In this document: in pieces, positions 1-8,091 of the stretch | How the letters are laid out: each line of letters begins with the position of its first letter | Position numbering within the stretch: position 1 is the first letter of the stretch | Source of the DNA: a virus | Lineage: Duplodnaviria; Caudoviricetes | DNA: 42,945 nt | Virus record (IMG/VR): IMGVR_UViG_3300037311_000013 | Span: 1 to 42,945 of that record | Direction: 5' to 3' (one strand) | Program-made: the position numbers and the translations under genes | Notes under the pieces: generated by a model | Databases searched by the model: none | The model's input: the letters and a program-made list of their open reading frames with translations, nothing else | Told to the model about the DNA's origin: nothing

Positions 1-127
1 GGGTCACCTCGTCGGTTGCGCCGTTCCACGACATCCAGCCGGGGGCGAGGCTGCGCGGGGCGACACACAACCCGAGCGCCGCCAGAATCCGCAGCGGCCG
101 GTCGCCGGTGAGCAGGTGGGCGCGGAG
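1..127 (+). repeat. 127-bp exact direct repeat, copy 1 (copy 2 at 40733-40859)
   Basis: Base-by-base identity gggtcacctc...cgcggag; the copies diverge at 128 and 40860. Confidence 0.97.
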
Positions 128-229
128 CTTCTCGGGCTTAATCGCCAGCATCTTTGACCACAGAGGGTCGAGCCAAAGGCCGTCCTCCTGCTCCATCCCG
201 ATCCGCCGGGCTATCTCGTCGATGGTCAC
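1..229 (-). CDS. Hypothetical protein, allele A (runs off the window start; continues into 40732-40647 if circular)
   Basis: GTG at 229 overlaps the upstream stop (GTGA). Translates MTIDEIARRIGMEQEDGLWLDPLWSKMLAIKPEKLRAHLLTGDRPLRIL..., homologous to 40647..40979. Confidence 0.8.
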   Translation of the reverse strand, partial: MTIDEIARRIGMEQEDGLWLDPLWSKMLAIKPEKLRAHLLTGDRPLRILAALGLCVAPRSLAPGWMSWNGATDEVT

Positions 230-459
230 AGCGTTGCCCTCACACAGAGTACCAGCACGATACCGCAAGCGAAGATCGCCGGCAGCATCCACGAAGGCAG
301 CTCGTGAGACTCGCGGCCCCACGCCTCCAGCTCGCGCTGCCACTGCTTGTCCGCGCGCCAGCGATGCCCGCCGCAGAGATGCTTGCCGGTGCGCTCGTGG
401 CGCCACGCTGGCTTCGCTCCGCACTGCTCACAACGGCCGCTCATTGCTGCCTCCGTCAT
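226..459 (-). CDS. Small protein with CxxC/CxxH zinc-finger-like motif and C-terminal hydrophobic helix
   Basis: CEQC...LCGGH and LPAIFACGIVLVLCV; coupled to neighbouring genes. Confidence 0.6.
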   Translation of the reverse strand: MTEAAMSGRCEQCGAKPAWRHERTGKHLCGGHRWRADKQWQRELEAWGRESHELPSWMLPAIFACGIVLVLCVRATL

Positions 460-1021
460 TACCGATCGCGCAGAAGGTTATCTTGCTCGGCCGGATCTCG
501 TTGATGGCCCGCAGAGCTTCGGCCATCGCCTGCGCCGTGGCGAGCGCCCGCTGCATCTCCGGCGAGTTCCACAACGTCACGCACTCGCGGGCAAGGGCGG
601 CCGTCCGCTCAAGCTGCGACTTGATGGCCTCGCCGTTGCTCGCCATCGACTTGACGTCGTTGCCGGCCTGCGATTTCCACTCGGCGATCGCCTTGCGGTA
701 ATTGGCGGCTGCCGCCTTGACCTTGTCGAGCGCGGCGTCGGTTTCCTGCTCGAATGCTCCGGCGTATTTCTCTGCGGTCATTGCAATCTCCAGTTCGACC
801 GTTAATCCCTGTTCCAGCTTTTCACGGTCCACTTGCACGCTCTCACGAAGTACCGCTTTATCGCGCTGGCTCTTGACAGCCGCAGTCATGACGAGCGCCT
901 GTGCGCCCGTCAGCGTTGCGCGATCTACAGCGGACGCGACGGCGAAATCCACGCGCGGCGAATACGGAATTCGGCGGTCGTCCGTGAGCCCCGGCCAGTA
1001 GTCAGCTTGTGGCGATGACAC
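428..1021 (-). CDS. Hypothetical helical/coiled-coil protein
   Basis: GTG at 1021 after GGAG; A/E/K-rich helical sequence. Confidence 0.65.
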   Translation of the reverse strand: MSSPQADYWPGLTDDRRIPYSPRVDFAVASAVDRATLTGAQALVMTAAVKSQRDKAVLRESVQVDREKLEQGLTVELEIAMTAEKYAGAFEQETDAALDKVKAAAANYRKAIAEWKSQAGNDVKSMASNGEAIKSQLERTAALARECVTLWNSPEMQRALATAQAMAEALRAINEIRPSKITFCAIGNDGGSNERPL

Positions 1022-1265
1022 TGTTCGCTCCCGGGGTGACGTGGCCGCACGACAGCGAGCGCACCTCACGGACGCTCTCGGCGCGATAACCGGACAGCTT
1101 GTAGGCGATCGGCATCGCCGCCTGCATAACTCCCAGCATCACGCCCTCATCCTTCGGCAGCTTCGCCAGCACCGTCGCCAGCTCGACGAGAAAGTCGTCC
1201 GTCTGAGTGCAACTCGTCGTCAGCAGAAACTCTGTGCGCTCAGTGTTTGCGTATACCTCGATCAT
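1002..1265 (-). CDS. Hypothetical protein
   Basis: GGAGG SD; globular-looking 87-aa sequence within the operon. Confidence 0.7.
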   Translation of the reverse strand: MIEVYANTERTEFLLTTSCTQTDDFLVELATVLAKLPKDEGVMLGVMQAAMPIAYKLSGYRAESVREVRSLSCGHVTPGANSVIATS

Positions 1266-1266
1266 C

Positions 1267-1494
1267 TCAGCCTCCCTTCACCTTCGACTCAAAGCTCCCG
1301 CACCAATCAAGCGGCTCCGTGAGGGGCCACATCGCTACCTGCCGCGTCGGTGCTGGCCGCGGCGGCTGCCGGCGACACTCACCGGCGCCGACGTTTGGCG
1401 CGCGGACCCAGAAGCGGCACATCCCGCACGCTGGCGGGGTGCGCGGCGATGTAGGCGCGCTCCCGCTCCCGGGCTGCCTCGAACCATGGGTCAC
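1267..1494 (-). CDS. Small Cys4 protein (CxxC...CRRxPP...WP...DWCG), paralog of 40387..40650
   Basis: CGMCRFW...GECRRQPP...WPLTEPLDWCGSF. Confidence 0.7.
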   Translation of the reverse strand: MTHGSRQPGSGSAPTSPRTPPACGMCRFWVRAPNVGAGECRRQPPRPAPTRQVAMWPLTEPLDWCGSFESKVKGG

Positions 1495-1711
1495 GGCCAG
1501 TCCCCCCGGGCCACGTCGACGTCCGGCTCCAGCTCCTCAAAGCCAGCCCACCGAACGTCGCACGGATCGCCTCCAGCTCCTCCGGCGTCCCCGGGCTCTC
1601 CCGGGCCATCTCCGCCCGCACTTCCTGCCGGCGCAGCTCCCGGGCGTCCTTCGCCGCCCGCTCCCAGTCCGTCATTTGCCACCAGCCCTTCGGATAGCCC
1701 CGCTGTTGCAC
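1379..1711 (-). CDS. Hypothetical protein overlapping both neighbours in a different frame
   Basis: G/C-ending codons and protein-like sequence (MTDWERAAKDARELRRQEVRAEMARE). Confidence 0.45.
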   Translation of the reverse strand: MQQRGYPKGWWQMTDWERAAKDARELRRQEVRAEMARESPGTPEELEAIRATFGGLALRSWSRTSTWPGGTGRDPWFEAARERERAYIAAHPASVRDVPLLGPRAKRRRR

Positions 1712-2099
1712 GATCGGCCCGGGGGGTAGGCAGGGGTAGCTCCCCCCCCGGGGATGCGAACTTCACGGCGATCCCGGCGGCCCGGCACAGCGCCTCGCCA
1801 TAGGGGCCGTCCAAGTCCTTCAGGGCCGCTTCCGGGGCCCGCCCGTCGCCGAACATCTCCCGCAGCTCCCGGGCGAGCCGGGCCTTCTCACGAAGCGCGC
1901 TGTTGAGCTGGTCGCGGGTCAGGAACACCCCGGCCGCCCCGGCCCGCAGCACGATCCCGAAGAGCCGCCGGTTGAGCCCGGCCTGCCACCGGCACGGCTG
2001 GGGCCAGACGGTCGGCGCCGGCGCCGGCGGGCGCCCGTGGGGGACCGGGGCCTTGCGGAGGTGGTCGTCCGCCTTCGGCGGTGTCCAGCGGTCAACCAC
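1491..2099 (-). CDS. Hypothetical protein downstream of the replication initiator
   Basis: GTG at 2099 overlapping the end of the initiator; the C-terminal part is low-complexity. Confidence 0.55.
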   Translation of the reverse strand: MVDRWTPPKADDHLRKAPVPHGRPPAPAPTVWPQPCRWQAGLNRRLFGIVLRAGAAGVFLTRDQLNSALREKARLARELREMFGDGRAPEAALKDLDGPYGEALCRAAGIAVKFASPGGELPLPTPRADRATAGLSEGLVANDGLGAGGEGRPGAAPAGSAGGDGPGEPGDAGGAGGDPCDVRWAGFEELEPDVDVARGDWP

Positions 2100-2910
2100 G
2101 GCGCGCCCCCTTCGTCTCCGCCGCCTTGCGGACCCAGTTGCGCCACGCCCGGTGCCAATCGCTCCGGGGCTTGTCGAACTCGTGGTCCCGGAACTTCTGA
2201 GTCTCGGTGAACAGATCCACCGCCGGGAACTCGGCGCGCGCCCAGTCCGCATCCGAGCCGCGCACGGCGAAGTCCTCCGGCACGAAGTGCCCCAACGCCT
2301 TCCGCCTCTCCCGCTTCGCGTCCTTCGGGGGCTCGGACGGTGTCAGGGCGAAGCCCGTAACACCGGCCTCCAACGCTGAGGGTGAGGAAGAGGTTTCAGG
2401 TAAGAGGTTCTCTCCTTCTGCTTCTGCTTCTGCTTCTGCTTGTGTGACGTTACAGGGTGACGCTGGTGTGACTGCCGTGACGTCACGGCGTGACGATACG
2501 CGCTCACGGTAGCGGCGCGCGCGCTCCGCTCCGGTGTAGTCGCGGTCCCGGTATGCCATGTAATTCAAGACGATCCAGCCGCCGTCGATGCGAGCGAGGC
2601 GGCGCCCGTCGAAGTCCCGGCCCCGGCTCTCGGGGTCGGGCTCGGTCAGCTTCAACAGAGCCCGTCGTGCGTCATCGCGGGGGAGCATCGAGCGCGCGAT
2701 GATCCCGGCCGACGACACCGGGGCGAGCCCGTACCAGCCGGGCGGGATGAACCAGCCGGCCGGCTTCATGTCGGCGTCGATGACCTCGCTGTGCGCGGTC
2801 AGCTCATGAGGCTCCGCCATGCAGAGGACGGTGAGGAACACGCGCGTTTGATCGCAGTCGCACCAGAGCGACGAGTCGAGGATGCGGGTATCCAGCTTCA
2901 CGAAGGGCAT
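2092..2910 (-). CDS. Replication initiator, lambda O / replisome-organizer-like, with DnaT-like C-terminal domain
   Basis: N-terminal FVKLDTRILDSSLW, AERARRYRER helix, QAEAEAEAE linker, C-terminal FRDH...DWHRAWRNWVRKA. Confidence 0.75.
   Translation of the reverse strand: MPFVKLDTRILDSSLWCDCDQTRVFLTVLCMAEPHELTAHSEVIDADMKPAGWFIPPGWYGLAPVSSAGIIARSMLPRDDARRALLKLTEPDPESRGRDFDGRRLARIDGGWIVLNYMAYRDRDYTGAERARRYRERVSSRRDVTAVTPASPCNVTQAEAEAEAEGENLLPETSSSPSALEAGVTGFALTPSEPPKDAKRERRKALGHFVPEDFAVRGSDADWARAEFPAVDLFTETQKFRDHEFDKPRSDWHRAWRNWVRKAAETKGARRG
2416..2496. repeat. Putative replication origin: (TTCTGC)x4 followed by five GTGAC(G) iteron-like repeats inside the initiator gene
   Basis: GTGAC at 2444, 2457, 2468, 2477, 2490, and inverted at 2482. 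An origin inside the initiator gene is the lambdoid arrangement. Confidence 0.5.
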
Positions 2911-2913
2911 CGG

Positions 2914-3138
2914 TCAGCCCTCGCTCAGATAGAGCGGCGGCAGCGACAACAGGCGCACAGCCTCGATCGCGTCCTCGCGGGTTTGGTAGCCCATCACGGA
3001 CGTCCCGGGGTGGCGATCCCAGAGGACGCCGAGCCAACTGCTCTGCACGATGAACTTCGGCACGACGACGGGTTTCGCCTTCTTGCCGTCGTGAACCCAG
3101 TCATTCTCGACTTCGATGACGATGCGGAACTTCCGCAT
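2914..3138 (-). CDS. Hypothetical protein
   Basis: ATG at 3138 with AAGGGGAG SD; MRKFRIVIEVENDW... Confidence 0.6.
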   Translation of the reverse strand: MRKFRIVIEVENDWVHDGKKAKPVVVPKFIVQSSWLGVLWDRHPGTSVMGYQTREDAIEAVRLLSLPPLYLSEG

Positions 3139-3371
3139 GCCTTCTCCCCTTGTGTTTCGTTCTTGAAGCGGCGGCAGTCGCCGCGGAACTTCAGCGTGGA
3201 TGACCACTCGACGCGCGGGCTCGCCGCTGCGGTGAGCTTCCGGCGGCGGCCGTTCGCCTCCACGGTGAAGGAGTAGTGGCCGCCGCCGGTCATGCCGACC
3301 TCGATGACTAAGAGCCCCTCGGCTTCGGCGACGGCGACGAGTTCGCGCTGGCGCTTCACCTTGCTGCTCAT
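2994..3371 (-). CDS. HicA-like (dsRBD-fold) small protein
   Basis: Pattern RELVAVAEAEG...TGGGHY...GRRRKLTAAASP...FRGDCRR; the C-terminal tail overlaps the next gene. Confidence 0.45.
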   Translation of the reverse strand: MSSKVKRQRELVAVAEAEGLLVIEVGMTGGGHYSFTVEANGRRRKLTAAASPRVEWSSTLKFRGDCRRFKNETQGEKACGSSASSSKSRMTGFTTARRRNPSSCRSSSCRAVGSASSGIATPGRP

Positions 3372-3598
3372 TGAATCACCCGCTGGCGTGCTTCGCGAAC
3401 TCCACGAAGAGCCGCCTTGAGTTGATTGGCGAGATCGTCGTCGGTGCGGTCCCAGTCGACGGCGATGTTGCAGAAGAGCGTGAACGCCACGCTCGCCCGC
3501 TGCTCCGCGGTCAGCTCGAAGAAGTCCCAGAGCTTATGCGTCGCCTCGAAACTCAGGACGAGCTGCTCCGGCGCCTCGGCAGGACTGTAGCCTTTCAC
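3368..3598 (-). CDS. Hypothetical protein
   Basis: Start/stop-coupled ORF in the early operon. Confidence 0.7.
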   Translation of the reverse strand: MKGYSPAEAPEQLVLSFEATHKLWDFFELTAEQRASVAFTLFCNIAVDWDRTDDDLANQLKAALRGVREARQRVIQ

Positions 3599-3852
3599 TG
3601 GGAGTCCTCCACGAAGCGGGCCAGCACGGCGCGCAGCTCGGCGAGGACGTCCGACTCGGACAGGCCGCTCGCCCCGCGCAGGATGTCGATGATCGCGGCC
3701 AGCTCCAGCTCGCTGCGGACGACGCTGTACCAGACGGCGTGCCCGTACTTGTCGGCGCCGGCGAGGTAGAGGTCCGTCTCGCGCTGGTTGCTGTCGGTGA
3801 TCGCGCGGACGTAGGCGCGGGCGTCGCGGACGATGTTGCTATCGGTGGTCAT
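3595..3852 (-). CDS. Hypothetical protein
   Basis: CAAGGGAG SD; high GC3. Confidence 0.75.
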   Translation of the reverse strand: MTTDSNIVRDARAYVRAITDSNQRETDLYLAGADKYGHAVWYSVVRSELELAAIIDILRGASGLSESDVLAELRAVLARFVEDSQ

Positions 3853-3880
3853 GGTCTTCTCCCTTGGTTGAGGGGCGGCG

Positions 3881-4336
3881 TTATGCCGCCCCCGTGAGCT
3901 TGGCTTCCTCTTCGTCGAACAGCGCGCCGAGCGGCTGTAGCGGCGGAGTGGTCGGCGGGACGATGGCGACGCGCTTGCCGCCCCGGGTCACGCCGCGCGG
4001 CTTATCAGCCGGCTTCGTGGCCTCGGCCGTGGGGCGCTCGAAGGACTCGCGCAGCAGGATGACGGCGGCGAGCTGCTTGACGCGGTCGGCGTGCGGGCCC
4101 GCGTAGCCCTCGACGATGTCGGTCAGGGCCGCGTCGACCCACGCCGGGATGATCGTCGTGATGCCCTTGCCGAAGACCTCGGCGAGGACGTGGTCGCGGA
4201 ACTTCGGGCTCTGGCGCTGGTTGCCGAGCGCGGTGGCTTCGAGGTAGTGGTTCCACGAGTGCGGGGCGATGGTCGTGACTCTCGGCTCGACTTCGGGGCC
4301 GAGGGCGATGAAGGTCAGCTTTGGCAGGTGGTTCAT
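3881..4336 (-). CDS. Hypothetical protein
   Basis: ATG at 4336 with CAAGGGAG SD, downstream of the promoter at 4384-4413. Confidence 0.75.
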   Translation of the reverse strand: MNHLPKLTFIALGPEVEPRVTTIAPHSWNHYLEATALGNQRQSPKFRDHVLAEVFGKGITTIIPAWVDAALTDIVEGYAGPHADRVKQLAAVILLRESFERPTAEATKPADKPRGVTRGGKRVAIVPPTTPPLQPLGALFDEEEAKLTGAA

Positions 4337-4383
4337 GGCAGTCTCCCTTGTGTGGCTGGCGACGCCCGCCGGCCATGGATCGC

Positions 4384-4413
4384 ACCATAGCGCGGCGGGG
4401 TACGCTGTGTCAA
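4384..4413 (-). promoter_or_regulatory. Sigma70-type promoter with TTGACAC-N3-GTACCC motif
   Basis: TTGACA-N18-TATGGT; motif shared with 5910-5925 and 8021-8036. Confidence 0.7.
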
Positions 4414-4790
4414 CCCTTCCGAATGAGCCGGTTGTCATCCCCGACGTCCCAGTAGCCCCCGAAGGCGCGGACTTGCAGCCCCTCCCGGGTCAGGGCGAAG
4501 AGGACGATTCCCCCGTCGCCGTGCGTGTCGTCGGCGGTCAGCGCCTCGGTGGCGCTGTAGCAGTAGACACTCCCGTAGTCGTCGCGCGTCGGCGCCGGCT
4601 CGAACTCCCGGGCGATCGCCTCGAACACGATCCACGGCGTCGCCCCCTCCGGGTCGAACTTCCCGCGGCAGCGGCGCAGGACCGCGGCGGTGATGATGTC
4701 GCCATCCTCGCCCGCCCAGTTGGCGTACACGACGGGACCGACGCGGCCGTTCACCTCGTCGACGGCTTGGAACAGGATTCTTTCTCCCAT
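4410..4790 (-). CDS. Hypothetical protein
   Basis: CAAGGGAG SD; globular-looking sequence. Confidence 0.75.
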   Translation of the reverse strand: MGERILFQAVDEVNGRVGPVVYANWAGEDGDIITAAVLRRCRGKFDPEGATPWIVFEAIAREFEPAPTRDDYGSVYCYSATEALTADDTHGDGGIVLFALTREGLQVRAFGGYWDVGDDNRLIRKG

Positions 4791-4805
4791 GACGTTCTCC
4801 CTTGA

Positions 4806-4833
4806 GCCCCGGGGGAGGTCAGTCCCCCGGGGC
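4806..4833 (-). other. GC-rich intergenic hairpin (11-bp stem) after the DUF932 gene
   Basis: GCCCCGGGGGA / TCCCCCGGGGC with no U-tract; possible mRNA stabiliser or processing site. Confidence 0.55.
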
Positions 4834-4845
4834 GGTTGTGGTGGG

Positions 4846-5850
4846 TCAGGCCGCCAGCTCCAGCAGGCGCTCGCGGGCAGCGAGCTTGAGCTGCGCGCCG
4901 GTGCCGAACTGGGCGGAGGCGATGCGGGCGCCGTCAGTGCCGTCCTTGGCGGTGTCGCGGACGATGCTCTGGTGGTCGGCGTAGTAGGTCACCGCCTGAA
5001 GGGCGCCGAACGCGGTCCCCGGCACGGCGCCCGGGGCGGACTTGTAGGCCGACAGCAGGGCCTCAAGCTGCCCGCGCTGTTTGGCGGAGGTCTTCTCGAT
5101 CTCGGCGAGGTTGATGCCGAGGAGCGAGGCGAAGACCGCCTTGACCTTGCCGTCCGGGAGCTTCTGGCTGTGCAGCTTCGCCCAGACCTTCTCGGTCGCG
5201 GACAGGCTGCTGCCGAGCTGCTCCCACTCCGCCTTCAGCCCCTCGACGACGTCGTCGCTCCACTGGATGACGTGGGAGACGCGGCGCTGGCGGCTGCGGG
5301 TGTCGGCCTCGACGGCGGCCTCGGTGTTCGCGCACACCTGACGAATCACCGTGGCCGCGAGCGAGGTCGCCCGGGAGCCATCGAAAGACGTCTGGAGGCG
5401 GACGTAGGGGAAGACCTTCGAGCCGTCCGGGGCCTTGATCTGGAACTCCGGGCCGAGCTTGGCGAGGGCCCAGACGATCTTCCCACCCTTGAGCGCGCCG
5501 ATGGTGTCGATCGTCACCTTCCGCTCCGCGAGGAACTCCCGGAAGAAGTTGGCGATGTCGGCCGGCTGGTGGATGTTGTACCGGCTGTCGGACTGCACGC
5601 TCAGGGCCTCGCCGGTGTCGCTCCGGTAGATGACGGAGCGGTTCTCGAAGCTCCGCGACTCCTCGCGGCCGTCGACGGTGACGAGGTAGGAGACGGCGGC
5701 CCGCTCGGCGCGCCAGTTGAGGCCGCCCTTCGCGACGATCGTATCGAGATCGTCGGTCGGGAGGATCTGCTGGCCGAGGCCGTGCCACGCGCGGGCGCCG
5801 GCGTGGGCGAACTCGTACTTGCCATTCCGCTTTTCGATCTGGTGAGCCAT
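4846..5850 (-). CDS. DUF932 / phage-plasmid-like protein (TIGR03299-like)
   Basis: MAHQIE...AWHGLG...GLNW...YRSDTGEALSV.SDSRY..HQP...GALKGGKIVWALA...TSFDGS.AT...IRQVCANT...GTAFGALQAVTYYADH. Confidence 0.9.
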   Translation of the reverse strand: MAHQIEKRNGKYEFAHAGARAWHGLGQQILPTDDLDTIVAKGGLNWRAERAAVSYLVTVDGREESRSFENRSVIYRSDTGEALSVQSDSRYNIHQPADIANFFREFLAERKVTIDTIGALKGGKIVWALAKLGPEFQIKAPDGSKVFPYVRLQTSFDGSRATSLAATVIRQVCANTEAAVEADTRSRQRRVSHVIQWSDDVVEGLKAEWEQLGSSLSATEKVWAKLHSQKLPDGKVKAVFASLLGINLAEIEKTSAKQRGQLEALLSAYKSAPGAVPGTAFGALQAVTYYADHQSIVRDTAKDGTDGARIASAQFGTGAQLKLAARERLLELAA

Positions 5851-5897
5851 TTTCGTAGTTCCCTTGATTGCAGCCGAACCGCTCGGCTGATGGGGTC

Positions 5898-5925
5898 ATC
5901 TTATCTACTGGGTACTCTGTGTCAA
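5898..5925 (-). promoter_or_regulatory. Leftward promoter in the divergent control region, TTGACAC-N3-GTACCC motif
   Basis: TTGACA-N16-TAAGAT in an AT-richer intergenic region, followed by a hairpin and a CAAGGGA SD. Confidence 0.7.
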
Positions 5926-5981
5926 TACCCCGGGGCAACTATTTTTGGCACTCTGTCATCCCCCCATACAGGGTACTTGAC

Positions 5982-6218
5982 ATGACCTCCCAGAGTGTGA
6001 TTGCGAAGGGCGCCCGGATCTACCGGGTGGACAGCCCGGAAGAGGCCCCCCGGTTCGTCGTGGCCCGCTCCCAGCGGGAAGCGGTGGGGCGGGTGGTTGC
6101 CAACCGCTTCAAGGCGAGCCCGGCCTCGCAGGCCGACCTCCTCGAAGCCATCCAGAAAAGCCTGCCGATCGAGAACATCGGTCCGGCAGAGCCGCTGGAA
6201 CAGGAGCCGCTGCTGTGA
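5982..6218 (+). CDS. Hypothetical protein, first gene of the rightward operon
   Basis: MTSQSVIAKGARIYRV...RFVVARSQREAV; stop coupled to the YqaJ start. Confidence 0.7.
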   Translation: MTSQSVIAKGARIYRVDSPEEAPRFVVARSQREAVGRVVANRFKASPASQADLLEAIQKSLPIENIGPAEPLEQEPLL

Positions 6219-7144
6219 CGCTGCCGGCCGCCATCGCGGCGCGCGCCCTGCCCAAGGGCGACGTCGTCCTGCGCCACACCGGGCTCGGCGCCAGCGACGC
6301 GGCGGCGGCCTGCGGCGTGTCTGAGTGGAAGACCCGTCTCCAGCTCTGGGAGGAAAAGCTCGGCGCCGTTCGCTCGGAGCCAACCATCCCAATGCGCTTC
6401 GGGAACGCGATCGAGTCCTTCGTGCTGGAGCTGGCAGAAGAGCGCATCGGCGCCCCGGTCATCGCACGGCAGCTCGTCGTGACCACGGCGGACGACGTCC
6501 TGCCGCGCTGGGCGACGCTCGACGGCGTCACGGAGTTCGAGGGGCAGCTCGCCGTCGTGCAGGCGAAGACCGCGCGCTCCGATGCGAAGTGGGGCGAGGA
6601 CGGCAGCGCCGACATCCCGACCGACTACCTCGTGCAGGTTCATCACGAGATGTTGTGTGCCGGCGTCCGGCTCGCGCTCGTGCCCGTCCTGTTCGCTGGC
6701 GTCGAGTTCCGCGTCTACCGCATCCCTGCCGACGACAACCTGCTGACCGCGGTGACCGAAGGCGAGCTGGAGTTCTGGCAGTACGTCGTCGACAACACAC
6801 CGCCGCCGCCGGTAACGCTGGCGGAGGTGAACCAGCGCTACAGCAAGGCGAACTCAGGCGCGATCGCTTACGCCGACGCTGCCGCCGCGGCTGCCGTCGA
6901 ACAGCTCCGCGAGGCGAAGGCTCAGGTGAAGCACTGGGAGAGCGTCGAGGAGCGGCTACAGAAGGAGGTCCGCCTCTTCATGGGTCCGGCTGAGACTCTC
7001 TACGGGCCGGGCGGTGAGCCGCTCGTGACGTGGAAGAACCAGACGGCGCGACGCCTCGACCAGACGCGCCTGAAGGCCGAGGCCCCCGACGTCTACAGCC
7101 GCTTCGCCATCGAGAGCGAGAGCCGCGTCCTGCGGCTGAAGTGA
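6215..7144 (+). CDS. yqaJ: YqaJ-like viral recombinase exonuclease (lambda-Exo family)
   Basis: GLGASDAAAACGVSEWKT.LQLWEEK, FGNAIE, ATLDG, QAKT, YLVQVHH, FWQYVVDNTPP. Confidence 0.9.
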   Translation: MTLPAAIAARALPKGDVVLRHTGLGASDAAAACGVSEWKTRLQLWEEKLGAVRSEPTIPMRFGNAIESFVLELAEERIGAPVIARQLVVTTADDVLPRWATLDGVTEFEGQLAVVQAKTARSDAKWGEDGSADIPTDYLVQVHHEMLCAGVRLALVPVLFAGVEFRVYRIPADDNLLTAVTEGELEFWQYVVDNTPPPPVTLAEVNQRYSKANSGAIAYADAAAAAAVEQLREAKAQVKHWESVEERLQKEVRLFMGPAETLYGPGGEPLVTWKNQTARRLDQTRLKAEAPDVYSRFAIESESRVLRLK

Positions 7145-7151
7145 GGACACC

Positions 7152-8012
7152 ATGAACGAAGTCGTTCGCGCAGAGAACCCATTCACCGCATCCCCGGAGC
7201 GCGACGCGCTCGTCGAACAGGGGGCGCAGCGTGAGATCGCCGAGGTGCAGGCCGCGATGGTCATGGCCCGGCGCAACCCGCGCGACCAGCGCCGCGCGAT
7301 GGATCGCATCCTCAATGCGTGCTCTCGTATGACGCTCGCGGAGAGCGCGGTGTACCAGTACGCGCGCGGCGGGCAGGACGTCTCCGGCGCGAGCATCCGC
7401 CTCGCCGAGGCGGTGGCTCAGGAGTGGGGCAACATCCAGTTCGGCGTGCGCGAGCTGGAACAGCGCAACGGCGTCTCGACCGTCGAAGCCTATGCGTGGG
7501 ACTTGGAGACGAACACGCGCAGCTCGAAGGTCTTCCAAGTTACGCACGTCCGCCACACGAAGAGCGGCCAGAAGCGCCTCGAAGATCCCCGCGACATCTA
7601 CGAGATGGTCGCGAACCAAGGCGCGCGCCGCCTGCGCGCCTGCATCCTCGCCGTCATCCCGGGCGACGTCATCGAGGCCGCGGTCGCGCAGTGCGACGTG
7701 ACCGTGAAGACGAAGGTGGAGATCACCCCGGAGATCGTCACGAAGATGGTCGCCGCGTTCGCCGAGATCGGCGTCGGTGCTTCGCAGATTTCGGCCCTCA
7801 TCCAGCGCCACATCGAGTCCATGACTCCGGCCCAGTACCTCCGCCTCCGCCGGATCTACCAGAGCATCCGGGACGGAATGAGCGCGCCCGCCGACTGGTT
7901 CGAGCCCGAGGTCGCCCCGGAGGGAGCCCCCAAGGCCGCCGCCGTGGCCGCGGCCATCCGCCGGCGGCAGCAGCCCCAGCCCGAGGAGGCCCCGCCCCCG
8001 GCAGAGGAGTAG
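7152..8012 (+). CDS. Putative single-strand annealing protein partnered with YqaJ
   Basis: Directly follows the exonuclease; QREIAEVQAAMVMARRNPRD...GASIRLAEAVAQEWGNI...AWDLETN...GARRLRACILAVIPGD. Confidence 0.6.
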   Translation: MNEVVRAENPFTASPERDALVEQGAQREIAEVQAAMVMARRNPRDQRRAMDRILNACSRMTLAESAVYQYARGGQDVSGASIRLAEAVAQEWGNIQFGVRELEQRNGVSTVEAYAWDLETNTRSSKVFQVTHVRHTKSGQKRLEDPRDIYEMVANQGARRLRACILAVIPGDVIEAAVAQCDVTVKTKVEITPEIVTKMVAAFAEIGVGASQISALIQRHIESMTPAQYLRLRRIYQSIRDGMSAPADWFEPEVAPEGAPKAAAVAAAIRRRQQPQPEEAPPPAEE

Positions 8013-8020
8013 GGGGGGGG

Positions 8021-8050
8021 TTGACACCCTGTACCCCCTACCCCCAGACT
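8021..8050 (+). promoter_or_regulatory. Rightward promoter with TTGACAC-N3-GTACCC motif
   Basis: TTGACA-N18-CAGACT preceded by a G9 run; followed by hairpin GCCGCA-CGG-TGCGGC and a CAAGGGAG SD. Confidence 0.65.
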
Positions 8051-8091
8051 CCCTCCCATGCCGCACGGTGCGGCCAACAAGGGAGTGAGTC

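Noticed and set aside
1-127. Physical direct terminal repeat or att site
   Set aside because: The second copy is internal and mid-gene, the length equals a common assembler k-mer, and no integrase was seen.
1-229. Diversity-generating retroelement TR/VR pair with 40733-40978
   Set aside because: No reverse transcriptase is present, and the differences are a block replacement rather than adenine-specific substitutions.
242-253. Fourth copy of the promoter motif (ACACAGAGTACC)
   Set aside because: It lacks the TTG of the -35 and any -10, and lies inside a CDS; probably chance.
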